DNA of 62,385 nucleotides from an uncultured Gammaproteobacteria bacterium (GTDB taxonomy: Bacteria > Patescibacteriota > Patescibacteriia > Magasanikbacterales > GWA2-37-8): NCBI GenBank assembly GCA_964482695.1, contig CAYZYP010000004.1, positions 1-62,385 of the forward strand. The letters are read 5' to 3'. The notes beneath the pieces were generated by a model. It was not told where the DNA came from. It worked only from the letters and a program-made list of their open reading frames with translations, and did not search any database. Both the position numbers and the translations under genes were made by a program. This document shows, piece after piece, positions 10,502-19,477 of this stretch (within the stretch, counting starts at the first letter, position 1; every line of letters begins with the position of its first letter).

Positions 10502-10969
10502 ATGATCAGGAGAGCATTTGTTAAAAATGGTTTTACTGCTACGGAATTAGTAATTTCTTTGGGAATAACCGTTATTTTAATTGCGTTGGCTATTCCGGTT
10601 TATGGTAATTTACAAACTTCTGTGCAGTTAGACGAAAACACCTCACAACTTATTCAAACTATTCGTTTGGCCAGAGAGTACAGCCTTTCTTCGTATAATT
10701 CTGCGCGTTATGGTGTAAAAATTTTACCAACAAAATATATTTTGTATCAAGGTTCTTCTTACAGTCTGCGAAATAATCAATATGATCGGGAAACAGATCT
10801 TGGCAGCGCCTTACAATTAAATTGGGATTTAAGCGAGGGGAGTGGAGAGATAAATTTTACCAAAGGATTGGGATTACCAAGTAGCACGGGGACAATAATG
10901 TTTATTCATTCCAGCGCTGGTCAAAAGACAGTTAGTGTTAATAAAATGGGGATAGTGGAAGAGCAGTAA
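10502..10969 (+). CDS. prepilin-type minor pilin / pseudopilin
   Basis: N-terminal 'KNG|FTATELVISLGITVILIALAI' is a class III signal with Glu at +5. Confidence 0.7.
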   Translation: MIRRAFVKNGFTATELVISLGITVILIALAIPVYGNLQTSVQLDENTSQLIQTIRLAREYSLSSYNSARYGVKILPTKYILYQGSSYSLRNNQYDRETDLGSALQLNWDLSEGSGEINFTKGLGLPSSTGTIMFIHSSAGQKTVSVNKMGIVEEQ

Positions 10970-11003
10970 AAATATTTAAAGTACGCGTAAATATAATTCT
11001 ACG

Positions 11004-11073
11004 CGCCAAGGGATATAACTTTTTAGATCGTCCCGCCAAGGCGGGATCGCCCAAAAAGTCATATCCCTTGGCG
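11004..11073. repeat. 70-nt nested GC-rich palindrome (core TCCCGCC-AAG-GCGGGA)
   Basis: CGCCAAGGGATATAACTTTTT...AAAAAGTCATATCCCTTGGCG has 21-nt arms with 1 mismatch. They flank the inner hairpin TCCCGCC/GCGGGA. The element ends 13 nt before the ATG at 11087. Confidence 0.8.
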
Positions 11074-11086
11074 TGACGCATGAAGT

Positions 11087-12748
11087 ATGCTAAATGTAGA
11101 CAAAGATCTTAAAAATTCTGGTTTCACCCTTGTTGAACTTCTTATAGTGATTGCAATCATCGCCGTTTTGGCGGCTTTAATTTTTGTTGCTCTTAATCCT
11201 TTGCAACGTTTTCGTGATGCCAGAAACGCTAAAAGAAAACAAGATATTATTTCAATAGCAGACGCTATTAGGCTTTATCAAGTGTCTCATGGCGGGCAAT
11301 TGCCAATTGGTTTGGATAGTAATTGGCGTATGCTTGGCACAGACACTAGTGGTTGTGATGTAACTTGTGGCGACTTAATTGGTGGTGGAGGCGGTGGCGG
11401 CGGGAGTAGCTCTATAGTTGATGATACTCAAGCGGAATTTAATGATGGCGCTAATTCTAATACTCAATGGGATAATAGCAGTTTATGGTTGGAATTAACT
11501 TCTGCCGGGCAGACAGCTGGCAGTGGTATTTACACGTCGTCTATCAAAGATTCAAGCGCCGCCACTACGACTTGGAGCACTTTATCTTGGATTCCCCAAA
11601 GGCCGACTGGCAAAGAACTGCCAAATAATGGTGGGGTGGAAACTGCCTATGGAGAAGGAAATATCAGCATGAGCGGGAATGTATTGCTTATGCATCTAAA
11701 TGAAAGCAGTGGAAATTTGCTGGATTCTTCTGGTTTGGGAAACAACGCCACCGCTTTAAGCGGTTTGACATATGGCGTTACAGGTAAATTAAATACGGCT
11801 GTCCAATTCAATGGAATAAACGGTTATGCCAGAGTAAACGACAGTCCAAGTCTTAATCCCGGTAGTCAATCTTTTAGCGTATCCCTTTGGTTTCAGTGGA
11901 ACGGTGCAAAACCAAGTACGGTAAAACTGCTTTATAGCAAAAATTATTTATATGCCGGGGCAGTCGTCGGCAGCTCTTTTCGATATGCTCTTGCGCCAAA
12001 CTGGGTTTGGGCTGGAGCGAACACTTTTTCAGTTACCCCCAACCAGTGGTATCACGCGACAATAGTTTACAACAAAACCAATCAATATTTATATCAAAAC
12101 GGCCAATTGGTATATTCCCTTGCCCGAACCGATGATATTGGCACTAATAGTGAAAATTTTTATTTGGGAACCAGACTAAACAACGTCAGCCATCTACCTG
12201 GCGAGTTTTTTCCCGGAATTATAGACGAATTTGCAATTTTTTCTCGCGCTTTATCAGCCACTGAAGTAACTGATATTTATCGTCGTGGCGCTTTGCGCCT
12301 TAAACATCAAGTGCGATCTTGCGATGATAATGCCTGCTCTGGCGAAAATTTTATCGGTCCGGATGGTACGGCTAATACTTTTTATTCAGAAACTCCCAAC
12401 AATGCCATTGGTTTGCCTTCACTAAGTTTATCCAATGTAAATAATAATAGATATTTTCAATATCGCAGTACTCTAGAAACTGACGGTTTAACTCTTAGCC
12501 CAGAACTTAAAAGTATTACTTTTAATTATAGCAGTACCGGAGGTGGTAGTAGCGCCAGCGGTACTTTACAAAGTTCATGTCTTGATCTTTCTACTTTGCT
12601 TGGTTCGCAATTACCATATATTCCTCAAGATCCGTCTACTGGTAGCGCTGGCAAATCATATTATGCTATCAAAAGACAGACTTCTGGCCAAATTAACGTC
12701 AAATCTTGTAGTGCCGAAGGAGGCGAGAGTATTAATACGGCAAAATGA
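11087..12748 (+). CDS. type IV pilin fused to a LamG/concanavalin-A-like lectin domain
   Basis: 'KNSG|FTLVELLIVIAIIAVLAAL' prepilin signal. An 8-codon Gly run lies at 11381-11404. LamG-type block 'LHLNESSG...GIIDEFAIFSRALSATEVTDIYRRG'. Confidence 0.75.
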   Translation: MLNVDKDLKNSGFTLVELLIVIAIIAVLAALIFVALNPLQRFRDARNAKRKQDIISIADAIRLYQVSHGGQLPIGLDSNWRMLGTDTSGCDVTCGDLIGGGGGGGGSSSIVDDTQAEFNDGANSNTQWDNSSLWLELTSAGQTAGSGIYTSSIKDSSAATTTWSTLSWIPQRPTGKELPNNGGVETAYGEGNISMSGNVLLMHLNESSGNLLDSSGLGNNATALSGLTYGVTGKLNTAVQFNGINGYARVNDSPSLNPGSQSFSVSLWFQWNGAKPSTVKLLYSKNYLYAGAVVGSSFRYALAPNWVWAGANTFSVTPNQWYHATIVYNKTNQYLYQNGQLVYSLARTDDIGTNSENFYLGTRLNNVSHLPGEFFPGIIDEFAIFSRALSATEVTDIYRRGALRLKHQVRSCDDNACSGENFIGPDGTANTFYSETPNNAIGLPSLSLSNVNNNRYFQYRSTLETDGLTLSPELKSITFNYSSTGGGSSASGTLQSSCLDLSTLLGSQLPYIPQDPSTGSAGKSYYAIKRQTSGQINVKSCSAEGGESINTAK

Positions 12749-12749
12749 T

Positions 12750-13676
12750 ATGAATAATTCTGGACAATCTATCATGGAAGTTATTATTGCTTTGGCAATT
12801 TTTTCTTTAATTGCCGCGGCAATGGCAACTATGGTTTTGGGTGGTTCGGCCGCTTTAATACAAGGTGGCGAACAGACCGAAGCCGAAGCCTTTGCTCAAG
12901 AAGGCATAGAAGCTGTACGCGCTATCCGTGATCGTGCTTGGAATGAATTAATTTATAGTCGTAGCGGTATAGCCGCTAGTAGCGGACAATGGATTTTCAA
13001 AGGAGCTAGCAGTACTGATAGTTGGGGGAAATATACTCGTGTAATTGATTTTTTTGATGTTTGTCGTGATATTAGTGATGAAATTGTTAATTGTCCCAGT
13101 GGTCAAAAAGATTTACAGACTAAAAAAGTAGCTGTTAACGTAACATGGGATATTAGAACTAACGTAAAAAATGAAGTAAAACAAATAGCGTATTTAACCA
13201 ATTGGCGTTCACTAGATTGGACAGAAGATTTGTCTAATGATTTTAACGATGGTACGTTTACTAATACGGAAATATCTACCCTTGGAGATGGGGATGGAGC
13301 AATAGTGTTAAAAAAAATAAATCCTACCAGCACGGTTTTTATGGCAAGTGGTACTTATATGTCGTCAGTGTTTAATCTGGGAGATAAAAAACCAGTACAA
13401 ATACTTACTTGGCAAAGATCATTTTCTGATTCTAACTGTGGCTTAAATTGTCAGTTAAAATTGCAGTTGCGTGTGGCGCCAGATAATAATGGGCAACCTG
13501 GGACATGGACAGAATGGTATGGAGTAAACGGTACTAGTACTTATTTTATTAGCCCAACCAGCACTCTGTTGTCTACAGATCTAAATTGGCGACAGTGGAT
13601 ACAATATCAAGCGCTGTTTAATGGTGATGGAAGTAGCACACCAGTATTAGAGGACATAAAAATTAATTACAGATAG
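12750..13676 (+). CDS. prepilin-like protein (minor pilin / tip-associated)
   Basis: Start placed at ATG 12750, just after the stop of the previous gene. 'MNNSG|QSIMEVIIALAIFSLIAAA' is a pilin-type N-terminus. The track ORF starting at 12543 overlaps the upstream gene. Confidence 0.6.
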   Translation: MNNSGQSIMEVIIALAIFSLIAAAMATMVLGGSAALIQGGEQTEAEAFAQEGIEAVRAIRDRAWNELIYSRSGIAASSGQWIFKGASSTDSWGKYTRVIDFFDVCRDISDEIVNCPSGQKDLQTKKVAVNVTWDIRTNVKNEVKQIAYLTNWRSLDWTEDLSNDFNDGTFTNTEISTLGDGDGAIVLKKINPTSTVFMASGTYMSSVFNLGDKKPVQILTWQRSFSDSNCGLNCQLKLQLRVAPDNNGQPGTWTEWYGVNGTSTYFISPTSTLLSTDLNWRQWIQYQALFNGDGSSTPVLEDIKINYR

Positions 13677-13712
13677 TAAAAATAGATTAATACAGGATTT
13701 GAAGCTAAATTT

Positions 13713-14237
13713 ATGACTCATCAAATTAAAAGTAACAACGGCTTTACTCTCATTGAAACACTTATTTACATCGCGGTTATTGGCGCGGTGTCGATTAGTT
13801 TTGTTACTTTTAGTTTATCGGTTACTGGTTCTAGAAATAAAACTTATGTTACGCAAGAAGTACAAGCTAATTCCAGAAGCGCTTTAAATTTAGTTAGTCG
13901 GACGATTAAAATGGCTGTAGGCATAAACACTTCAACTTCTGTATTTAATTCTCATCCAGGAACATTGTCTCTAAAAATGGCGAGTAGCAGTGCTAACCCA
14001 ACAGTTATTAGTTTAGATGAAAATAACGATGTTTTACAACTAAAGGAAGGGGATAGTAGTCCGATTAATATTTCTAGCGATGAAGTAAAAGTAAATAATT
14101 TAGTTTTTACTAATTTTACTACTAGTGGCTCTAGTAATATTGGTATTAACATGGCTATTAAATATAATAATACCAGCGGAGATGTATATTATGATTATGT
14201 TCAAGATATACAGACAGCGGTAAGTTTGAAGAAATAA
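13713..14237 (+). CDS. prepilin-type minor pilin / pseudopilin
   Basis: 'SNNG|FTLIETLIYIAVIGAVS' prepilin signal. Confidence 0.7.
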   Translation: MTHQIKSNNGFTLIETLIYIAVIGAVSISFVTFSLSVTGSRNKTYVTQEVQANSRSALNLVSRTIKMAVGINTSTSVFNSHPGTLSLKMASSSANPTVISLDENNDVLQLKEGDSSPINISSDEVKVNNLVFTNFTTSGSSNIGINMAIKYNNTSGDVYYDYVQDIQTAVSLKK

Positions 14238-14241
14238 CTAT

Positions 14242-14628
14242 ATGCTTAAAGACAATCGTGGCGTGGCAGCTTTAATGGTGGTAGTAATAATTGGCGCGGC
14301 AGTGTTACTGATGTCTTACAGCGCTTCTTTGTTAGGTATTGGCGAATTGGATATGGGTTATGTTTCACAACGAGGCCACGAAGCCTTGGCTCTGGCCGAA
14401 GGTTGCGCGGAAGAAGCTCTGATTCGTCTTCGTTTTAATCAAAATTACACTGGTAGCACGTTGAATATTGGCGATAACTCATGTATAATATTTGTAACAG
14501 GCGACACTAATAATAAAATTATTAGTGTTAATAGCACAGTTGATAAATACCACAAAGCTATAAAAGTAACAGCAAGTATTTCTAGCAGTACAGTTCAAAT
14601 ATCCGGCTGGGAGGAAATATCTTTATAA
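14242..14628 (+). CDS. pilus-associated small protein with an N-terminal TM helix (PilX-like)
   Basis: 128 aa. 'RGVAALMVVVIIGAAVLLM' hydrophobic N-terminus without Glu5. The gene sits among the pilin genes. Confidence 0.45.
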   Translation: MLKDNRGVAALMVVVIIGAAVLLMSYSASLLGIGELDMGYVSQRGHEALALAEGCAEEALIRLRFNQNYTGSTLNIGDNSCIIFVTGDTNNKIISVNSTVDKYHKAIKVTASISSSTVQISGWEEISL

Positions 14629-14694
14629 ATTATAAGTCAGTATTTTTTGAATGAAGGGGAACAGCTTTAAATCACAGATTTTAAGTTAAGCGAT

Positions 14695-15759
14695 ATGTGT
14701 TTATTTACGAAACACTCTATTGGCTTGGACATTGCCGACCATACAATAGAAATAGTTGAATTACAAAAAACCGTTGGCAAGGTAAAAGTTAGAGGATTAA
14801 ATAGAATAAAATTAGACAGTGGCATAGTTGAACGTGGTCGGATAAAAAATAAAGAAAAATTAACGCAGGCGATAAAAGATGTCTTTAACCAAGCAAAACC
14901 AAATAAAATTACCGGTAGAAAAGTGGTATTTGGTTTACCAGAATGCCAAGTCTATACCCATATTTTTTCTTTGCCAGTAACAGAAAAAATTAAAAATAGC
15001 GATTTGTGGAATTTGGTGGCAGAAGAAGCCGGCAAAAATATCCCATTAAAAAAAGAAGACATTATATTGTCTTATAAAGTTTTGTCTAAAAGTGAGAGTG
15101 ATTTAGAAATATTATTAGTAGCCACTAGCCGCGAAGTAGTGCGAGAATGGCAGAATTTTTTTCAGGAATTAAAATTAACAGTAGATTTTTTTGATATAGA
15201 AACCATAGCGCTTTTTAGAGATCTTTTTAGTAAAAAGCCAGTCAAACCAGTTTGTTTAATTGATTTGGGAGCCGCTACTACCAATATCGCTATTTTTAAT
15301 AAAATTGGCTTGTGCTATTCTTATACTATAAACACCGCGGGCGAAATTTTTAGCCAAGAGATAGCCAAAATTTTAGAAATTTCTTTAGAAGAGGCGGAAC
15401 AAAAGAAAATAGAAACCGGATTAAACAAAAAAGATAAAAAAATATACCCAATAATTTGTAGATTTTTAGACGAAATTATAGCAGAAGTAAAGATAGCGAT
15501 TAGTTATGTACAACAAAAATACAATCAAGACGAGAAAATAGAAAAAATAGTTTTAGTAGGCGGTTCAAGCCAATTAAAAGGTCTGATAGAATATTTTAGC
15601 GAAGCTTTGCCTGATTTGGTTGTTGCTATAGGTGAATCACAGTTGGCGAAGCAAAAAGTGCCTTTGGAATATATAGAAGCCGTTGGCTTGGCTTTGCGTG
15701 GGTTAAACAGAAAAATTTATCAAGACGAACCAATGATAAATTTAGACGATAAAAAATAA
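14695..15759 (+). CDS. pilM: type IV pilus assembly protein PilM (actin-like ATPase fold)
   Basis: 354 aa. 'IGLDIADHTIEIVEL' phosphate-1-like start, 'IDLGAATTNIAIF', 'VLVGGSSQLKGL'. Typical PilM/FtsA-like pattern. Confidence 0.8.
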   Translation: MCLFTKHSIGLDIADHTIEIVELQKTVGKVKVRGLNRIKLDSGIVERGRIKNKEKLTQAIKDVFNQAKPNKITGRKVVFGLPECQVYTHIFSLPVTEKIKNSDLWNLVAEEAGKNIPLKKEDIILSYKVLSKSESDLEILLVATSREVVREWQNFFQELKLTVDFFDIETIALFRDLFSKKPVKPVCLIDLGAATTNIAIFNKIGLCYSYTINTAGEIFSQEIAKILEISLEEAEQKKIETGLNKKDKKIYPIICRFLDEIIAEVKIAISYVQQKYNQDEKIEKIVLVGGSSQLKGLIEYFSEALPDLVVAIGESQLAKQKVPLEYIEAVGLALRGLNRKIYQDEPMINLDDKK

Positions 15760-15810
15760 TATTTAAATATTGGATATTAAATTTACTTATTTATTTAATT
15801 AGTTATCTCT

Positions 15811-16317
15811 ATGCTTAAGCAAAAAGTAGATTTTAGAGGTTTTACGTTAGTAGAACTGCTAATAGTAATCGCCATCATCGCTATATTGGCGTCAGTGGTT
15901 TTTGTGGCGCTTGATCCATTGACCAGATTTAGAGAGGCGCGTGACTCTAGAAGATGGGCTGATATTTCATCATTGGTTAATGCTGTTAAAGTAGATCAGG
16001 TAGACAATGGTGGCTCGTATTTAACCGCAATAGCCAATATGACTTCTGGTACTGTCTATATGATAGGAACAGCCACTACTGGCTGTGATGACCAAAATAC
16101 TTATTGTGATACTGCGGTCACTAGCGATACTGCCTGCGTCGATACGACGGGATTAGTAACCGAAGGCTATTTGGGATCAGTGCCAATTAGCCCCAATGGC
16201 GCTGGTTCTTGGACAGCTTCTATTACTGGCTACACCTTACAGCGTTCTTCATCCGGGATCATTACCGCCCGCTCCTGTGAATCGGAAAATACCACCGAGA
16301 TTTCATTGTCTAGATAA
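15811..16317 (+). CDS. type IV pilin (probable major pilin)
   Basis: 'FRG|FTLVELLIVIAIIAILASVVFVAL', 168 aa, several Cys in the C-terminal half, and a strong terminator immediately after. Confidence 0.8.
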   Translation: MLKQKVDFRGFTLVELLIVIAIIAILASVVFVALDPLTRFREARDSRRWADISSLVNAVKVDQVDNGGSYLTAIANMTSGTVYMIGTATTGCDDQNTYCDTAVTSDTACVDTTGLVTEGYLGSVPISPNGAGSWTASITGYTLQRSSSGIITARSCESENTTEISLSR

Positions 16318-16340
16318 AAAAGTCAGTATACGGAAATATA

Positions 16341-16370
16341 AAAAAACCTCTCTGGAAAAGAGAGGTTTTT
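16341..16370. terminator. bidirectional rho-independent terminator
   Basis: A6-ACCTCTCT-GGAAA-AGAGAGGT-T5, between convergent genes. Confidence 0.8.
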
Positions 16371-16378
16371 CGTAATTT

Positions 16379-16588
16379 TTAGAGTTTTTCTATATTGCCA
16401 TCAGAACCAATCCTAATCGCGCCTCTTTGTTGCTTTTCTTCAGTAGGGATAGTTGGCTCTTCTGGCGGTAGTGGTGGTGGCACTTCAATCTGTGGTTGAG
16501 GTCGTTCTTCTTCTCGTCTTGGCGGTATCCAAGTTTCTACTGGTTTCCATTTTGGTTTCCATGGTGGCGGTATTTTAACTTCTCCCAT
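16379..16588 (-). CDS. small proline-rich protein (uncertain)
   Basis: 69-aa ORF 18 nt downstream of the PEBP gene on the same strand. Pro/Glu-rich and low complexity, so it could be non-coding. Confidence 0.35.
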   Translation of the reverse strand: MGEVKIPPPWKPKWKPVETWIPPRREEERPQPQIEVPPPLPPEEPTIPTEEKQQRGAIRIGSDGNIEKL

Positions 16589-16606
16589 ATATATTAAAAA
16601 TTAAAA

Positions 16607-17368
16607 TTATTTAGCGTATTTTCCCATTAAACTTGTTTGTGAAAGTATGTGTCCTTGCATAGCCGCTTCAATGCTTGCTTTGGTAGCAGACGAACTAAGC
16701 GAAAGAGTAGTATCTAGAGCGTAAATTTTAAAGTAGTAGCGATGAGTGCCACTAGGCGGGCAAGGGCCGCCATAACTGGCATTGCCCCAACTATTAGTCC
16801 CTTGAGTTCCACTAGGCACGCTGTTTTTGCTAATGACAGTAGTTTTTGGGTCTATGTTAAACACCACCCAATGTACCCACGTGCCATTTGGCGCGTCTGG
16901 GTCGTCCATAATAAGAGCCAAACTTTTTGTTGTTTCTGGCACATTGGCAATATTTATTTGTGGATTAGTGTCAGAAGCGCTGCAAGTATATTCCGCGGGT
17001 ATATTATTTCCATTGATAAATGCTGGACTAGTTATTTGCATAGGTTTTGGTTGTGGTTTAGGAGTTGGTGTTGGTTCTGCCTGTTTGGTTGGTTGAGTCG
17101 TTGTTTTTGTCGGTTCTTTGGCAACATTTTGTGTGTCACCATCTGTTTTGTTTTCTATTGCTTTTACTTCTGGAGCGGAAGTGGTAGCGATAATTACGGT
17201 TGCCGCCAGTTTCTCTGGTTTGTCGGTAGAATTTTCTGTTGCTTCCACATTGGTAGTTGGTTGATTGAAATTGCTTTCAATCTGTTTATTTTTGGCACAG
17301 CCGGCGGAAATAGATATCAAAGCGATAGCCACCAGAAGAATAATTATTCCTATTTTTTTTTGGCGCAT
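16607..17368 (-). CDS. PEBP/YbhB-YbcL family lipoprotein
   Basis: Start taken at 'MRQKKIGIIILL...ISAGC' (lipobox). The C-terminal 'DPDAPNGTWVHWVVFNI...GGPCPPSGTHRYYFKIYALD' is the PEBP signature. Confidence 0.8.
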   Translation of the reverse strand: MRQKKIGIIILLVAIALISISAGCAKNKQIESNFNQPTTNVEATENSTDKPEKLAATVIIATTSAPEVKAIENKTDGDTQNVAKEPTKTTTQPTKQAEPTPTPKPQPKPMQITSPAFINGNNIPAEYTCSASDTNPQINIANVPETTKSLALIMDDPDAPNGTWVHWVVFNIDPKTTVISKNSVPSGTQGTNSWGNASYGGPCPPSGTHRYYFKIYALDTTLSLSSSATKASIEAAMQGHILSQTSLMGKYAK

Positions 17369-17521
17369 AGTTGTTAAGATTATTAAATTAATTCTTAACA
17401 TGTATTCTACTTTAATTTTAGATTATGTCTAGTGATAGGCTGTGAATAGTATTTGTTTGTTAGTTAATAATAAATAGGTTATAATATATTAAATTTTAGA
17501 TAATTTAAAATAGACTATAAT

Positions 17522-17944
17522 ATGTGGTTATTTTACGCTTTTTTATCAGCTATTACCGCCGCTTTGGTGGCAATATTCGGTAAATTAGGATTAAAAAATA
17601 TTGATTCAACCTTGGCCACTACCGTCCGTTCTATTATTATGGCGTTATTTTTGGTTATTACTACTTTATTTCTTAAAAAATGGCAAGGGTTTACCTTGCA
17701 ATCTTTTAGTGGTAAAGATTGGTTGCTTATTTCTTTGGCCGGCATTTGTGGAGCTTTGTCTTGGTTATTTTATTTTTTTGCTCTTAAAACCGGTTTGGCT
17801 ACCAAAGTTGTCGTTATTGATCGTTTAAGTTTGGTGTTTGTGATAATTTTAGCGGCTTTGTTTTTGGGTGAAGCTTTGGGCTGGAAAACAGTTGTTGGGG
17901 CGCTCATGATGATCGGTGGCGCGATTTTAATTTCGTTAAAGTAG
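17522..17944 (+). CDS. EamA/DMT-like small membrane transporter
   Basis: 140 aa with 4-5 TM segments and a single EamA-type repeat. Confidence 0.65.
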   Translation: MWLFYAFLSAITAALVAIFGKLGLKNIDSTLATTVRSIIMALFLVITTLFLKKWQGFTLQSFSGKDWLLISLAGICGALSWLFYFFALKTGLATKVVVIDRLSLVFVIILAALFLGEALGWKTVVGALMMIGGAILISLK

Positions 17945-17953
17945 TAAAAAAAT

Positions 17954-18730
17954 ATGCAACAAGTTTATAATCAATTAATTAAGTTTATGGTGACATCCGG
18001 TAAAAGACTAGCTAAAAGAGCCGGTAAAATAGAAGATATTGGAGTAACTAAAAAATATTTGACAGAAGAAGATATAAAAGTAGAAAGAGGATTTAAAGAG
18101 ATTATCAAAAAAGGATTTCCAACCCATAAATTTTTTGCCGAAGAAGAAAATGATAATTTTTTACAATCTGATGATGTTTGGGTTTGCGACCCCATCAGTG
18201 GTACCAGAACTTTTATAAAAGGACTCGCGCATTATGGCATGGTAATTTCCCATATACACAAAGGCGAGACGGTTTTTGCGGCTGTTTACGATCCCTCTGT
18301 AGATGATTTATATACTGCTTATAAAAATAAAGGCACTTACCTTAATAAAAACAGAATAAAAATCATTGATTCTAATCTATCTAAGCCAAAAATAGTTTTT
18401 CATCCATCTTTAGTTTGGGAAGATAATCAGCCAGACGCGACAAGAGAAATATTTGAGAAACTAACTAAATTTAAGTTATATAGGACGTATAATTCCCAGG
18501 CTATTAATTATTGTCATATGGTAAGGGGTATTTATGATGGAATAGTTTTATTAGCTAAAGATAGTTTTGTTGATTTTGCCGCTTCGTTAATTGTAAGAGA
18601 GGCTGGTGGTAAATTTACTAATTTAAATGGTCAAACAAATATAAATTCTAGCGATAGAGTATTTATAGCTGGGAGTGATTCAGTTTATAAAATACTTAAA
18701 CAATTAGTTGATAGTGTTTTAAAAAAATAA
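17954..18730 (+). CDS. inositol monophosphatase-family phosphatase
   Basis: 'FFAEEE' and 'WVCDPISGT' match the IMPase metal-binding motifs. Confidence 0.8.
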   Translation: MQQVYNQLIKFMVTSGKRLAKRAGKIEDIGVTKKYLTEEDIKVERGFKEIIKKGFPTHKFFAEEENDNFLQSDDVWVCDPISGTRTFIKGLAHYGMVISHIHKGETVFAAVYDPSVDDLYTAYKNKGTYLNKNRIKIIDSNLSKPKIVFHPSLVWEDNQPDATREIFEKLTKFKLYRTYNSQAINYCHMVRGIYDGIVLLAKDSFVDFAASLIVREAGGKFTNLNGQTNINSSDRVFIAGSDSVYKILKQLVDSVLKK

Positions 18731-18751
18731 GATTAGAAATTTTAAAATAAT

Positions 18752-19003
18752 ATGGAAAACATCTCAAAAGAAATAGAATTGATTAAAGAAAGAAATAAAC
18801 GAGTAGAATTGGACAAAGCTTGGGAAAAAAGTTGGACAAGGCGACTATTTATTGCTGGTACTACTTATATAATAGCAGGTTTGTGGTTGGTTTTAATTAA
18901 CGATATTTATCCTTGGCTCAAAGCTTTTGTGCCAGTCGGTGGTTATATTTTATCAACTTTGTCTTTGCCGATTATCAAAAAATGGTGGGCTAAAAATAGT
19001 TAA
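18752..19003 (+). CDS. small two-TM membrane protein
   Basis: 83-aa ORF with two hydrophobic segments. Confidence 0.45.
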   Translation: MENISKEIELIKERNKRVELDKAWEKSWTRRLFIAGTTYIIAGLWLVLINDIYPWLKAFVPVGGYILSTLSLPIIKKWWAKNS

Positions 19004-19012
19004 ATTGTAATT

Positions 19013-19417
19013 ATGATTTTTGTTCCACTTACCGAAATTCAGCTTACTTTTGCCCGCTCATCTGGCGCCGGCGGGCAGAATGTCAATAAAACAGCGACCA
19101 AAGTGGTTGTCCGTTGGCCAGTAGGGAAGTCGCGTGTTTTTAGCCAAGAAGAAAAAGCCAGAATTAGAATAAAGTTAGCAAACAAATTAAACAACCAAGA
19201 CGAATTAGTTGTTGCTTCCGAAGAAGAAAGATCACAAGGCTGGAATCGCGAGTTGGCGATAAATCGTTTGCGATTTTTGGTTAGTAAGGCGCTACTTATA
19301 CCCAAAAAACGTCGCCCAACCCGCCCAACCAGAAGTTCTAAATTAAAAAGGTTAGAAAGTAAAAAAAAGCATGCTCAAAAAAAGTCAGCCAGAAAGGTTT
19401 TGTTAAATAAACAGTAA
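19013..19417 (+). CDS. arfB: alternative ribosome-rescue factor ArfB (peptidyl-tRNA hydrolase, GGQ domain)
   Basis: 134 aa with a 'SSGAGGQNVNKTATKV' GGQ motif and a Lys/Arg-rich C-terminal tail. Confidence 0.8.
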   Translation: MIFVPLTEIQLTFARSSGAGGQNVNKTATKVVVRWPVGKSRVFSQEEKARIRIKLANKLNNQDELVVASEEERSQGWNRELAINRLRFLVSKALLIPKKRRPTRPTRSSKLKRLESKKKHAQKKSARKVLLNKQ

Positions 19418-19441
19418 TGTATATTATCCACAGATTGGCTA

Positions 19442-19471
19442 TTGACACAATTCATACTAAAATAGTATAAT
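19442..19471 (+). promoter_or_regulatory. near-consensus sigma70 promoter
   Basis: TTGACA (19442-19447), 18-nt spacer, TATAAT (19466-19471). Confidence 0.65.
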
Positions 19472-19477
19472 ATACCT

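Noticed and set aside
11381-11404. The glycine-codon run in the lectin pilin as a phase-variable simple sequence repeat.
   Set aside because: The codons are mixed (GGT GGT GGA GGC GGT GGC GGC GGG). It is not a homopolymer or perfect short tandem repeat, so slippage is unlikely. It is read as a flexible linker.
12543-12749. Upstream extensions offered by the ORF track. These are 12543 for the pilin-like gene, TTG 42250 for secD, 54826 for HAD, 56606 for the kinase, 17401 for PEBP and GTG 38097 for the glycosyltransferase.
   Set aside because: Each extension overlaps the preceding gene, a repeat element or a terminator hairpin. The internal ATG gives a native-looking N-terminus (prepilin signal, lipoprotein signal, P-loop and so on).
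16742-17377. A 211-aa plus-strand ORF (and the nested 16827-17096 ORF) opposite the PEBP gene.
   Set aside because: It is antisense to a gene with clear family motifs. The translation is Cys/Trp/Phe-rich junk with no start context. This is a typical shadow ORF.
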